A stretch of 64,000 bases of DNA from Parasitella parasitica NRRL 2501 (taxonomy: Eukaryota > Fungi > Mucoromycota): contig MU619262.1 in assembly GCA_025201805.1 (NCBI GenBank), positions 127,978-191,977 of the forward strand, in the 5' to 3' direction. Each line of letters starts with the position of its first letter. Within the stretch, counting starts at the first letter, position 1. Below are positions 25,501 to 38,458 of the stretch, in pieces. The notes beneath the pieces were generated by a model. It searched no databases. It saw only the letters and a list, made by a program, of their open reading frames with translations, and was not told where the DNA came from. The position numbers and the translations under genes are program-made.

Positions 25501-26901
25501 CTGGGATATATCTCTTCAGACTTTAATAACCATCCTCTCTCTCATTTAATGCAGTCTGTATTTGGGTTTCATGACAAGAAAAAATATCAAGTCTATTGCT
25601 ACGCTACAACACCCTCTGACAATTCCCCTTACCGCCAAAAAATTGAGCAAGAATCCGAGTTTTTCTTTGATGTATCCTCCTGGTCTAACCAAGAAGTGGT
25701 AGAAAAAGTCATTGCTGATGGAATTCATGTATTAATCAACTTAAACGGGTATACCAAAGGCGCACGCAATGAAATTTTTGCTGCGAGACCTTGCCCGGTA
25801 CAATGTTCGTTTATGGGGTTTGCAGGTACACTAGGCGGTGGCTGGTGCGACTGGATTATCGCTGATCCTATTGTTTGCCCTCCTGAAATGGTGAGTGGCG
25901 AAGTTTGGCGTCAACGTGGATCCGTCATAGATATTGCAAATGGAGATTTCCAAGGAGATATCGATCCTGAAGAAGAGTCTCAAGATGATTTTGTGTATAC
26001 GGAGAAATTTATATATTTGCCTCACTCCTACTTTGTCAATGATCACAAGCAAGGCTTCAGAGACGATCATGATAATCACGGACTTGTATCATACAACCAC
26101 CAGGCAAATGAAGAATCGATTTGGGCTGTAGAGGAAGAGAAGAGGTGGAAAATGCGTCATGAAGTATTCCCCAACCTGCCTGATGATGTGGTTGTCTTTG
26201 CCAACTTCAATCAATTGTATAAGCTTGAGCCCGGTACTTTTCGCATGTGGTTGCGTATCTTGGAGCGAGTGCCTAACTCCATTCTGTGGTTATTGAGATT
26301 TCCTCCTGCGGGTGAGCAACATCTTAAGCGTTGTGCACTTGAATGGGCTGGTCCGCAAATAGCGCAAAGAGTAATCTTTACAGATGTCGCACCCAAACAT
26401 GTCCATATTCACCGAGGAAGAGTTGCTGATATCTTTTTAGATACCCCTGAATGCAACGCTCATACAACGGCAGCTGATATCTTATGGTCTGGCACTCCCA
26501 TCATTACATTTCCAAAGTATATGCACAAAATGTGTTCTCGTGTTGGCGCAAGTATTGCCATGGCAACTGGTTTTGGTGACGAAATGGTTGTAATGAACCA
26601 GCAACAATACGAAGAGAAAGCTGTAGAGTTAGCTACCAGCTTGTACTATTCATACGAACCGTCTAACACTGGCGCTGTCTTGCGTCGAGGCCATGGTTCT
26701 CTGATGGATTTGCGCAAAAAATTGTTCTTGACCAGAGAACAAAGTCGTTTATTTGACACCGTACGTTGGACTCGGAATCTTGAAAGAGGTTATTCTGAAG
26801 CTTGGAAACGTTGGGTCAGTGGTGAAGAATTTGAGGATATCTCGCACAGCAAAGCTAAATCCGGTTGCATTTGGGTGAAGGATCCTGATGATGTTGTATG
26901 A
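22505..26901 (+). CDS. OGT: O-GlcNAc transferase (GT41, OGT/SEC-type) with polyQ/polyA N-terminus and TPRs
   Basis: Exon 1 MKMPSMEQ (22505-22579), then one long exon. TPRs (YTNLGSLLKDMG, LANLGNAIKDLG). Catalytic motifs LGYISSDFNNHPLSHLM, NLNGYTKGARNEIFA, FNQLYK and LDTPECNAHTT match OGT rather than SPY. Confidence 0.95.
23041..23169 (+). repeat. CAG/CAA trinucleotide tract encoding polyQ in OGT
   Basis: Visible (CAG/CAA)n run encoding QQQAQQQ...QQHLHQQQ. Confidence 0.95.
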
Positions 26902-27136
26902 ACCATTTCTCCCCCCCCCCTTTGTTTTTTCTAGACTATGCTCGCACACTTTTTTTGACCTAACTTGTTCTTTTACTACTTATTGCGCTTTTCCTTGTAT
27001 TCTTTATAATTTTTATATTTAAAAGAAGAAAAAAAGAGGCAGTGGTGATAATGATGTGATATTATTATTGTGTGCGTGCGAGTGTGTATGTGTATATGAT
27101 ATACTAACTGAATATTTTGAAAGAAAAAAAAGAAGT

Positions 27137-28749
27137 CTATTTCATTAGGTTTTGTTGACAAAATACAACCACATCGCCTCTTCTTCGTTTATCGTCATGA
27201 AAATAACTATTGAAAAATCGCTGGCATTCTCTATACCCTTGTTTGTCTAGGTACTCTCGAATTTCAGGTATTAGATTGTCAAACAAAATTAAATGAGTTG
27301 TGGGCCAGACTCGATCTTGCTGATGTGTTTCCAAGAATTTGGTTGGATTTGCATAAAACTGATCTGCTTCATCCAACTCACTGGTTTCTACTAATGGTGG
27401 GTCACAAGTAAGGAACCACATTGGGATGTTGTCATGGATAATAGAGTACCACGGAGTAGAGTGGCAAGGCATAAGGACACCAACGGATATATTTTTAGGT
27501 TGAGATCGCATCCACAACATGACATCCATGACTCCTCGTTGATGCCAGATAGATGTATACAATGCCATTGGTAACTGAGTAAAAACCAAGAACAGTATGA
27601 TACGTTTACGCCATCTCGAAGATCCCGCTTGTTGTATTCCATAAGCTGCAATCATTAGAATCAAAGGTACAATAGGGAAAATGAAGCGAAATTCCTTGTG
27701 AGGTAATAAGCTATAGATGATAATAACCCAAGCTGATAAATAAAGCAATGACTTGAAGCGATTGAACATTGGAGTAGTACAAATACGATAAAGTCCAACT
27801 CCAATCATGGGTAAAAATGTTGTAAAGATGAATGGAATCCCTTGAGATATATACCAATGCCATGTGTGAACACCGTAAAATAGAGACACATTGTTTACAA
27901 CATTTACTTTAAAGAACAAGTAAGGCGTAAATACAAGACTACCCGTGAAGTTTGACCAGCTATGGTTGTAAAGTCTTGTGTCAATCATCACATCCAATGC
28001 AATCACCAAAATACAAATGAAAAGTGCATTATAAGCTACTTTAAATACATTGCTAGAACATAGTAGTAAATGAACGCCCAAAAACAACCATATCAATCCG
28101 TTCGTAGGCCTCATCACACAAGCAATAGAAGCAAACACAAGTGATATACGATAGTTCTTTACCCAAGATTTCCCTGTAGTCTTTACAATACCAGGTAATG
28201 GCCAATAATTCAATGCGATGATTGTGAACACCATCTCCATGCTGTTGGATAACGTTCTCGCTGCCATCTGAAAGTTGAACCAGGAACACAACGTTGTAAA
28301 AAGCTGCACAAAAAAATAAGCCGTTAGTATGATATTTGTCACGATAGTTTGATGCTTTTTACCATAGACAAAGCAATATCATTTCCAATGACCTTTTTGG
28401 CGAGTGTGTAAGTCGCTACATCAGCAACAGCAGCCAAAGTAGCCTGAAAGTATCGAGGTGCTGCTACTATAACATGTGTGTTTTGCAGACCAAGCAACAG
28501 AATTGTCTTGTATACAATTGCAATGGTAAGAGGATGCGAAAAGCTCCTTATCTTTTCCCTCCACTCCCAAGTGAGATATCCATTACCGAAAACAAGTTCG
28601 TGGGCTATTTCTTGTCCTTGCCAGTATTCGTCTGGATTGTCATATGTTCGGGTATAGTAAGCATTCAAAAACCTAAACAAGAGACATGTGACAAAAATGA
28701 ATGTGCGTGATGAGGTTGTTGAAGTGGGTTGTATGGTTGCCTGAACCAT
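27137..28749 (-). CDS. GPI10: GPI mannosyltransferase 3 (PIG-B, GT22)
   Basis: RTYDNPDEYWQ, GYLTWEW, RTLSNSME, MRPTN, YG.HTWHWY.SQG, HKEFRFI, HQRG, LMPCHSTP, FLTCDPP and DEADQFY; one intron ~28363-28305. Confidence 0.95.
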
Positions 28750-29599
28750 AACTATTGTGTTGAATATTAGTATGATAGAGAAGGCATTAAACTTATGTTA
28801 CAAAAGGAGGTTTTATACTACTTTTACGTAGCACATGATTTGAAAAGCAGCAGCAGCCACTACACATAACCGACCATCCTCACTACAGGCTGGACAAGCT
28901 GTTGTGGTCAGGGCAATGAGTTGTCAAGTAGGCATCTACCGGGTAGGTTGTCTCTATTAAGGGTGTTTTGGATTCAAAAAAATTCTCAAAACCTGCACTC
29001 ATTTCAACCACATTGCGCTCTTCATTATTGCTTTCTAGGTAAACAAAAATAAGCGTTTGATGCAGGCCACCCAACTATAAAGTGCCATCAGCCGTTTGAA
29101 GAACATCGTATCCCTTGGTCTATATTTCATCTATATCGGGGCAATTTAATTCTAATAAAATGCTCTATCTTTTGACGTTTGGAGAGAAAATGACCATACA
29201 TCCATATATATCAATTACAAATCTAGTGCGACATTGTATAACTGTCAAGTGCATTAAAATGTGATACTATTGTGTCAAGTACTCTCGTATCTTGATTTTA
29301 TCGAAACAGAAATTATACATGTTTATGATACTACTATGAAATTAACATATGACTATGCTTTACCATCTGATCAACCCCAAAAAGCGTGATTAAAGGATGA
29401 TTCTGCGCTGCCTACTTTTTTTTTTTTTTTTTTAGAGAAACAAAAATCTCATCATAAGCAAGACCCTAAAAGTGCCTAATGAGTGGATTTGATGCTATTC
29501 AATCACTTGGAAACAAATAATTTCAGTGCAATCCTAGGCTCACTTTTCACATTTTGAGGTCGCAAACTACTTTTTACGTATAAGAAATTCTTCATTCAC

Positions 29600-30200
29600 G
29601 AAACACTGCATAATGTGCAAAAGTGCGAATTCAACTTTATTTTGTGGTGCCCAGCACGTGCTACCGCAGGCCTGCTTCGTTTCGCAAAGCTTGTTAAACC
29701 TCGCCATGTCCATATTTCTAGAAAAATTTGGAAAATACTGTGTTGTAAGTACAATGGCTGTGTTATATTTCAGCAGAGAAATTTCCTTGTCATCCATAAT
29801 CGTAATAGATGAAGGAATACTCATCCTTGAAAGGGCAACATACAACTGTCCGTGACATGAAATGTAAGATACAATCTAACCAAAGTTAGTGTTTAGCTTT
29901 GAGCATTAATGATGGTCATTGAAAGGGCCAATCGATACGGAGAATGAATTTACCTCATACATTATGTTTTGAAGAATAGACATTATGACCACAAACCGCA
30001 TTAGAGTTTGCAGCGACATTCACACGATTAATCAACACATTTTCTGATTCAAAGGTGTAAATGATTAGTCTGGCGAGATAAATTGAGTTAGCAACGTGTA
30101 TGATACCTCTCTTCTGCATAAAGAGCTAATAACTGGTGGTATAATAGGGATTTGGAGTTCATTCCTCAGTAACACCACCCAATAATCACAACATTAGAAA
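29600..30200 (-). mobile_element. Degenerate Helitron (PIF1-family helicase C-terminal) relic
   Basis: Minus strand 29946-29822 reads HSPYRLALSMTIINAQS*TLTLVRLYL, then after a frameshift SCHGQLYVALSRM. This matches Helitron/PIF1 motifs V-VI (FPVRLAFAMTINKSQGQTL..VGLYL...HGQLYVALSR). Outer boundaries are approximate. Confidence 0.8.
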
Positions 30201-33200
30201 TTGGCCGAATCCTCGCCGTACAGTATCTTTGTGATCGACGTTGATGTCAAGTTCGAAAACACCTTTTACAAATCATTGCATTCTTTTCGACGACAGGTTC
30301 TGTTTAAAAACCGCAAGACAAATGCCCTGAATCTAACCTGATCTAAATTTTCTTTATTTGGGAACTTCAGAATTCGTTGAAGAAGGAAGATTTCGGGACG
30401 AATTACTTGGTTGTATAAAAAGGAAATAACAGGTACGGTATTTTAGGACTGTAACTTAATAAGTAAGACGGAACTATTTAATAATGTTTGATAATGAAGA
30501 TGGTCTACTACTGTGGAACCAATACAAAATCCACTATCAGAATATTTTGTTGCATGGATCATCCACAGTGGAGAGTAGTACAGCAAAACTCTTGCTAGCA
30601 TTTTTTTTTTTTTTGCTATCTTCATTATCTTGATCATTAGTTTAGTTTTCTTTTAGATACGCAGAACGCATTGTTTTAATAAACTTGAAGGATATTAACG
30701 AAAATGTCAAATGTGCATTGTCAATGGAAACCCCTCTCCTCCCACAAAAGGCGGTCTTGGAATATTTCCCAGCATCAGTACCTGTAGCAACAATGGGTTA
30801 CCTGACGGAAAGGAGCGTCAGAACAAGACAAAATGTAAAGAATTTATATATATCACGATTGACATTTTATGCAACACCTAGAATGACAACAGCGGAGCAG
30901 AAACAGAATAATTCATCAGCAGGTGACATGACTCGAGATCCCACGGCTCATTCAACCGATATAATTTTGAAACAAATTGCTGAAAATATTTTATTTATTC
31001 CATCAAAATGGCTTAGGATCTTCAACTATTACATCCAGATTGCATAGCGTCAATGACAAACATGTTTTTATTATATTGTTTTTGTTCATAAACCTGGATC
31101 ATTTGAAGGTCATAAATAAAAGATGCCAACTAGATTTCTGTAGTGGACATCAAAGCTGGTTCTTTTTTTGTTTTTGTTTGTTTACAAAATATATAACAAG
31201 TTCGTGTGTACTAGTGCGAGTGTGAGATTGTGTTTGAAAGGACCAAAAATACAATCTTTTGAAATATTATTCTAAATGAATGATAATGAAGGAATATGAT
31301 TGAATTTATTGTTTACAGCCCTTGAAATAGTTTTTTTCAGGTACAGTATTTATTCCCCCTTACTAAAAGACAAGTAGTGTCAAATCGAAAAAACGCTGAT
31401 CCGAATTTACATAAGCAACAGTTTTTGGCAACAAAAGTATCCAATGTGAGCGCCTCATTTTAATATTGATTTAAGGTTTTGAGCATAATAAAGTTATAAC
31501 TGAGGCTTTTGTTTGTCAAAAATCTTTTTACTTTTTTGAAATAAATTCAAACTATTTTAACCTGGGCTGATTATTTATAAATCCTTCAGCCATATATCCA
31601 TTCCTTTTTTAGCAATACATAAAAAAAAAAAAGGTTGAAATCTAGAATGAGGCGCTCCTGGCTGTCGCTGTATTTTTTGTATAGTAAGAGACTCTAGGAT
31701 ACACACCTATATTTATATATACACATGTATGCGAGATGCACCGTTAAATGTAAGAGAATGTCGTTACCGAAAGTAAATGTCTCTAAATTTCAAGCGCTTT
31801 CAGTATAAATGACGTATAAAAAATTGAGATCTGATGTCAAAGAACGAATCCATGTATTTGCCACTGTATGAAAAGTGTAAGGGGGTCTTTAGATCCCTGC
31901 GCGAATATGTTTTTTATAATCTTTAACCCCATCAATACCCAAATCCACGTTGCAGCTGTTACTGTTGCACAGCAGACCAGTATCCAAGCTTTTGTTTTTG
32001 TGTAATAAGTCGTATAACAAATAAAAACAATAGGTTAGCTTAACCACCTGTTAGCAGCTTTGCTATAGGATTAGTTTCTATTAGTGATGTATCTAGTCAG
32101 ATCAGAAACTGCATCGGGCCTATTGACATCACCAGAATACACATCGCGTCTGGGGTATACTATAATAACATACGTAGTATACCTTCATGGTTCAGGCCAA
32201 AGATGAGCTGAACTGTGGCACAATAGAATGGGGATTTCGTACGAGACTCACTCAAAGTCGTTCATGTTAGAGTTTGAAGTTAAAAAAAAAAAAAAAAAAA
32301 AAAAGATCTGTCATACAAGATGAAAAAAAAAAAAGCCAAATTATTGCTCATATTACTACTATCTCCAAGAGAGCAGCCATTATCCATAAGAAACAAATGC
32401 TATGTATCTATGATCTACTACTATTTTACCTTTCATTTCAATTGTGGCCGCGTAAATGCATTGTACAAGATCTTGACATGTTGTATCAGACATCAAGAAA
32501 AAACTCTGAGGAGCTGAATTTTGGATTACACAAGATGAGGTTTATACAAATATACCAGATTTAGGCTCTCTTATAAGATATAATAACATGAGAGTAAGTG
32601 CATGGTATCTCTTATACTATATTTCTAAAATACAGACCGAATATAACGCATATTTTGATCCGTGTTTTTGCAGTTGTCGTAGTTGTCTATTTCAGAACAT
32701 TGGCATACTTTAGAGTAGTAGTAAAGACAGAAGGTCATGATGCCATTTCTATAAAGAGGATGCCGGTCGAAGTAAAATCCTAGAAAGGAAAACGGAGGTG
32801 GCTTACAAGGGGACATTACTATGTATGAATACATTTATGCCATCAGTGAACAATGCTGTTGCTTGAACAAGTATATGTAATAATAATAAAAAAAAAAATC
32901 TCGGTAAATGCGGTTTCGTTCATCTCGATAACTTCTGATATCGGAAAACGTTCATATGCCTCATAATATGATACTGTTTGATTTATTTTTAGCATTTTTT
33001 TTTATATATATATCTACTTTAGAATTGTAAACGATAAAAAATGCGCATTTGCGGTCATATGAATCCAAGTAAAAAAAGATTCCTACTGTGCAACAGATGT
33101 CGTTTATCGGAAACGGGTGGAGAGCGCAGTTACACCAAGCTTTTTTAATATAAAAAGAGCATTGTCTTTTCGCTTTCTTCAGTTTTTGTTTCTCTAAATA

Positions 33201-33220
33201 ACATCAGATAAAAAATCAAA

Positions 33221-34207
33221 ATGAACTCTGCTGTCTTTTATACTCAAGACATTTTTGCATCACCTCCTTCTTCTTCTAATACTAATAATCAGGGCTATTT
33301 TACATCCCTTGATCAGCTTGAAGCTCCATACTTTACAAAAGAGTGCCAATTTTACTATCCCAGTCCAAATGAAGACTGCAATATCTTTCAGCAACAACAG
33401 CAAAACATGTCCATGCTCATGGTTCCTCCTCTTGGCCAGTATGAGCCATTTGATCTGTCTGCTATTTCCTTAGACGCCTTTACTTCAATGATGGCGCCTG
33501 ATTTTCTTCAACACAAAGTCCCTGCTATTGATTTGGTAGATCAATTTATCGCTGAGCATGAAGCTGCTTTAAACTTTCCTGAACAAGCCTTAAAACAACA
33601 TCAACAACAAACACCTGTAATCGAAACAAATTGGTCTCACTGGACCTACAACAACATTTCTCGGGAAGCTTCTCCGGAAATCTTATCCGAAGGTCTGTCA
33701 TCCTCCAAATCTACTTCTGCCTCATCCGTTCCGCCATCTCCTGTGCCTGAAATTGCTGTGCTCAAAAACAAAAAGACAAATAAGGTAACTAAATCAACAA
33801 CGACAGCAGGTCCCGCTCGTCGTGGTCGCGGTAAAGGTGTCAAGAACAAGGTTGCCAACAAGAAGACCGTTGCTGCCGCTGCTGCTGCTGCTGCTGCTAT
33901 CAAGGAGTCATCCTCTTCAAAAACTCCTGTTGAAGGTGCTTTATATGTCTGTCAACATCACGACTGCGGTAGATCGTTTACTCGTCCTTATAATCTCACA
34001 TCTCATATGCGTACGCACACTTCAGAACGCCCCTATGCTTGCTCGCACTGTGGTAGAAGATTCGCAAGACAACACGATCGCAACAGACACGAAAAATTAC
34101 ACTGGGGTATCCGTCCTTACGCTTGCCATCACTGCCACAAATCATTTGCTCGTATGGATGCATTAAACAGACATTTGCGCATGGAAAATGGCTGTACTGG
34201 TGTACAT

Positions 34208-34213
<6 letters not shown>
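33221..34213 (+). CDS. C2H2 zinc-finger transcription factor with Crz1/CrzA-type fingers
   Basis: Intronless. Three fingers CGRSFTRPYNLTSHMRTH, CGRRFARQHDRNRHEKLH and CHKSFARMDALNRH carry the Crz1 recognition helices; Ser-rich region and basic NLS lie upstream. Confidence 0.85.
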
Positions 34214-34247
<34 letters not shown>

Positions 34248-34252
34248 AAAAT

Positions 34253-34289
<37 letters not shown>

Positions 34290-36727
34290 ATTATATATAT
34301 ATCTTGTTCATATCCCTTCCCCTCCTTTTCGTATATTTCGTCCCTTCATCGCCTCTTTTTTTTTTGTATTTTATTATTACCATGTCTATCATATTCCAAA
34401 ACCAAAAATCTTGTAAATAAAAAACTTAAAACTTGCTGTTTTGTTTAAATTAAATCGTCAAAAAAAGGCTCCCAAAACTGTATAAAATAGTAGTACAATA
34501 GCCGCAGCCTCCATCTTGAGCTGTTCAATGTACACATCAGCCCTGGCTTGGTGTACTTTACCTTGATCTATATGCATATGCAGCCATCCGCACTTGTAAA
34601 TATATAAAAATCCTGGTGACATTTACCATGTATACACAAAAATATGTATTCAGTGTATCAGAAGAGTACTCATATGATGACGTTTGATGTGTTTGCAGAT
34701 GCACCTGAAAGACGAATGTGTTACAATTGTCAGTTTGGAATTGTGGTGGTGGCTGTGTGGAAACGTTTCCATTTTGGATTGTGTTTTTTTACAAGAATAG
34801 ATTTGTTTTGACTTATGATCAACTTTTTTTTTTTTAGCTCTTCACACACTTTACAAGTTTCCATAGACACATAAAAAAGTGCCTTGGTGACCCATCACTT
34901 TTTGCTATCAGTTGTTGTATAGAACAACATCATACAAGTGTCATTTTTCGCTATCAGACCTTTTAAGTTATTTCCTTTACGAGCGGCTTCCCCGGCGATT
35001 CTATAAAAATCAGTTTCAAATTGATATTTCTTTTAGATTATCTCAGATCGCCTTCAAGCATAAATGCAATATATCGAGCTGTTGGTTTCTGTTGCCAAGA
35101 TGATGAGTGTAATAATAGAAAACCTATATTTAAACTGACCTATATTGTATGTGTATGAGTATGTATATATGTTATACATGTATGTATTTATATACATGTC
35201 AGCAGGCAATCGACATTTGTGTTGGTATTCAGATTCTATTGTCTCAACTCTCACTCTCGGTGTAACCGAGATGATGTATTCTCGGTAAAATACAACCAGG
35301 CACAGAGGAAAACAATACTTTTAAGGTTGATTCCATCATTGATATAGTAGTCTATTTTTCAATTTTTTTGCCATTCAAAGATTTCTTTTTCTAAAAGAAA
35401 TGTCATCACAACAACCTTTTTTTTTTATTTTTTTGAATTTGGATGTTACTGTTCAACAAGGTAAACAATCATGCAATGGACGCAGACTCCACCACTTGAT
35501 TTTTTTTTGTGGTGGCTACAAGCCATGTACATATGTCCAAATATAGATTGACTTTAGAAAGAGTCTTTTTTGTTCGCTATCGATTATTGTGGTTGTACGT
35601 TCGACGGATCAATACAAGTGTAATACCAATCTTGAAACAAATAAAAAATTTCTAAACAAATTTTTGGTACTAAGAATATATCATGAAACTCTTTTTTTTT
35701 TTTTATTCAATCACGATATTATCAATAGTAGTAATATAGTATCTGGAGATGCCGGGATGCTTAGATTAGGGATTGAGCGTACTCGCAGTTTGATTTACTA
35801 CTGCCTTTCAATAGATACTAAAAACCTTCAAAAGGCTGGACAAATCCTCCTGTGTTAGTGGTTGATGACGATGGTATCACAGAAGGTTTCCATTGGCATG
35901 TTGTTATCATCATCTTATTCTTACCAAAACGAGTATTTTTTAAAGATCAAGCAAATTACACGTTTCTGATCTATTACTACTTTATCGGATATCTTGAGGT
36001 TTGATTCATGCGCTTTCAAAGATATTGTAACTATGTCCGTTCAGTTGACTCGTCTTGAGCTTAAGGCTAGAATACATTAAATAGGAATGGCACTGTTGGA
36101 GACAAATATATAAATATATCGCTCATTTTCTTTTCTGAAAGTGGCATACAATGGCAGCCATATTAATAGAATATTTATCTTGTAGCAACTCTAATGAATC
36201 TTGGAAAGTTTTTCTGTTGATTTTTTTTTTTTTTTGCAATGTCAATGAACAAAGCATCATCTTTTCAAACGTTGTTGGAATAAAAACGCCATAATGGCTC
36301 TCACATGTACTCAAACGACTCCAAGTGAACCAAAGCGATACTTGATGGATTAATAGCGTGTTCCAAGTGTTCTCGCCATGTTTCTATTGTTTATTACGCT
36401 GAGCAAGCGTCTTTGACTCCAGTGTTGAGCCAGCCGATTCCAACTGTAGAATGGACGGCGATGTGCGGTAAAAATCACAGTTGTATTATGTTGACAGACA
36501 CAAAAAGGATAAAGATATCACATAATTATACAGATGTTGGGGAATATTGATTAATCACAGTGATATTATAGCCATTATCTACATGAATTTGATAGCATCG
36601 CGTATAGTGTACCATATGTGAACAAGCCGGAGCTGTTGACTGTAAACAACCCTTTTATTTGAAAGAGAAAATATGCGTTTGAAGGTTCTAATAAATGGGC
36701 AGCGATGTCAAAAATTAATGTTAGGAT

Positions 36728-37876
36728 TTACTGCTGCATGACCATCTCAACAAAGCGGTCAATAACCTATAAAATTCAGTTTAGAAAAATAGACAATTAA
36801 CACGAAATAAACGCAAACATTTACAAGATCTGGTCTCTTTTCTTTAACCAAAGCTAATGGGTGGATAGACTTGACGCCGTCCTTCCTATGCAGCGATAAA
36901 AATGAAGAGCGTGTTTAGAGGGAATGGCTGGCCGCGCCAAGGGTTACTTACCATTTGACAAGACAGTAGAGGTCTGACTGATCCATTTCCTTTCCAATAT
37001 ATTCGACACTCTCGGTTTGAGTTTGCCAATCCAAAGGAGGATCGATAGCAAATTTCTCGTTGAAAATAACATCCTCGCTCTCTTGTATGTCTTCAATGTC
37101 GATCACTGCTTTCTTTGGCCTGGGAGGAGGAGACAGGCTTTCGATTGAAGAATCATCGTCAATGCCCAATTCCTCTCTCTTTCTCTTTTTTTCATGCTGC
37201 TCCAAAAAGTAGTCTTGCTGCTTGTTGTCATTGCTCACGGCTCTTTTAGTCGCTGCTGATTTAAACACTGCGTTTTCTGAGCCCATGTCTTCATCTGATT
37301 GATTTGTTGAGCGGTTGGGAGTTGCAAAGACGTCTTCGTCATCGGAACTCTCTATTTCCATGGTCTCGGGCGGAATATCGTCATCCAAGTCATCGTCTTC
37401 ATTGTTGGCAGTAGCGATGACTTGAGGTAATCGAACAGGCTCTTTTCCTTTATCCTTACTTGCGCTAAAGATACCATCTAAAGTTTGCTGCTGCTGCTGC
37501 TGCTGCTTGGCAGAGTCTGTTCTGTCGTCGTCGGCTGATCTTGTGGAAGTGGAGACGGACGCAGGAGAAGAGGGTGAATTGGCAGAAATGACGATGGGTA
37601 TTTGCTTTGGAGCAGCTGGCGCTTTTGTTAATTTAATTGGTTTCTTGCGAGTGTTGTTGAGTTTTTCAAATCGAACTCTGTCCTTGGAGTCGGGCGCCAT
37701 GGCATTCCAATATTTTTCAATCAAATCAATAGCAAATCTGATTGTGCCAAGAAGAAGATAAATAAATGATTCTTGGCGTATTCCCCATTATTTGTTTACT
37801 TACACATTCGCTTCTTTCTCCCAAGTATTGTCTTCTGGGGGATAATTCATCCATTTGATAAAGTACAGCAGCTCCT

Positions 37877-37920
<44 letters not shown>

Positions 37921-38036
37921 TACAAGAGTCTTGGAGATGTAAAAATGTGCCCAGTTACCTTGTTTTTCTTGATGAATCTGTGAGCTTGGATCTCCTCGAC
38001 CTCGTAAACTTCTTCTTCTACCGGCGAATTGCTCAT
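36728..38036 (-). CDS. HP1/Swi6-like chromodomain + chromo-shadow protein
   Basis: MSNSPVEEEVYEVEEIQAHR / LLYFIKWMNYPPEDNTWEKEANV (aromatic-cage chromodomain); acidic/basic hinge; C-terminal DW...LYCLVKW/KDGVKSIHPLALVKEKRPDL/VIDRFVEM (chromo-shadow-like); 4 introns. Confidence 0.8.
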
Positions 38037-38458
38037 TGTATGGCCTTTTTTTTTATATATATATGTATTAGTTGAAACAGAAAAGAAAACCAGAGAAAAC
38101 TTTTTAGTTGCCATCACAAAGTGCTGAATACCACGTCTCACATTTTGTACTCCCACAGCTCTAAAAAAAAATTTACAGTGTCGAAAACCGCAACAAATAA
38201 AATTAACATCCGCATTTACCATGTCCCTATTGTTCAAACATGGCGTCAGGAACCAGCAACACACACTCTTCAATCCTTATTTGCGCCGTGAAAAATGACA
38301 GATTCTACAAGGCCACAGCATTGAAACCATTTAGCAACTCTGCCCTGAAAAAAATCAGCACAAAAACAAGCCACCACCAACTGCATGAAATATGAATATC
38401 AACTACATTTTTTTGGTTTTTCTATTTTCGTTGTATTTTATTTCTTTCGCTTATTGCC

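Noticed and set aside
30685-31047. 120-aa plus-strand ORF containing TAHST (PIF1-like motif)
   Set aside because: Opposite strand to the Helitron relic and no other helicase motifs around it.
34211-34287. Long poly(A) directly after the stop of the intronless Crz1-like gene, suggesting a retrogene
   Set aside because: Similar A/T homopolymers occur throughout introns and intergenic DNA here; no target-site duplication.
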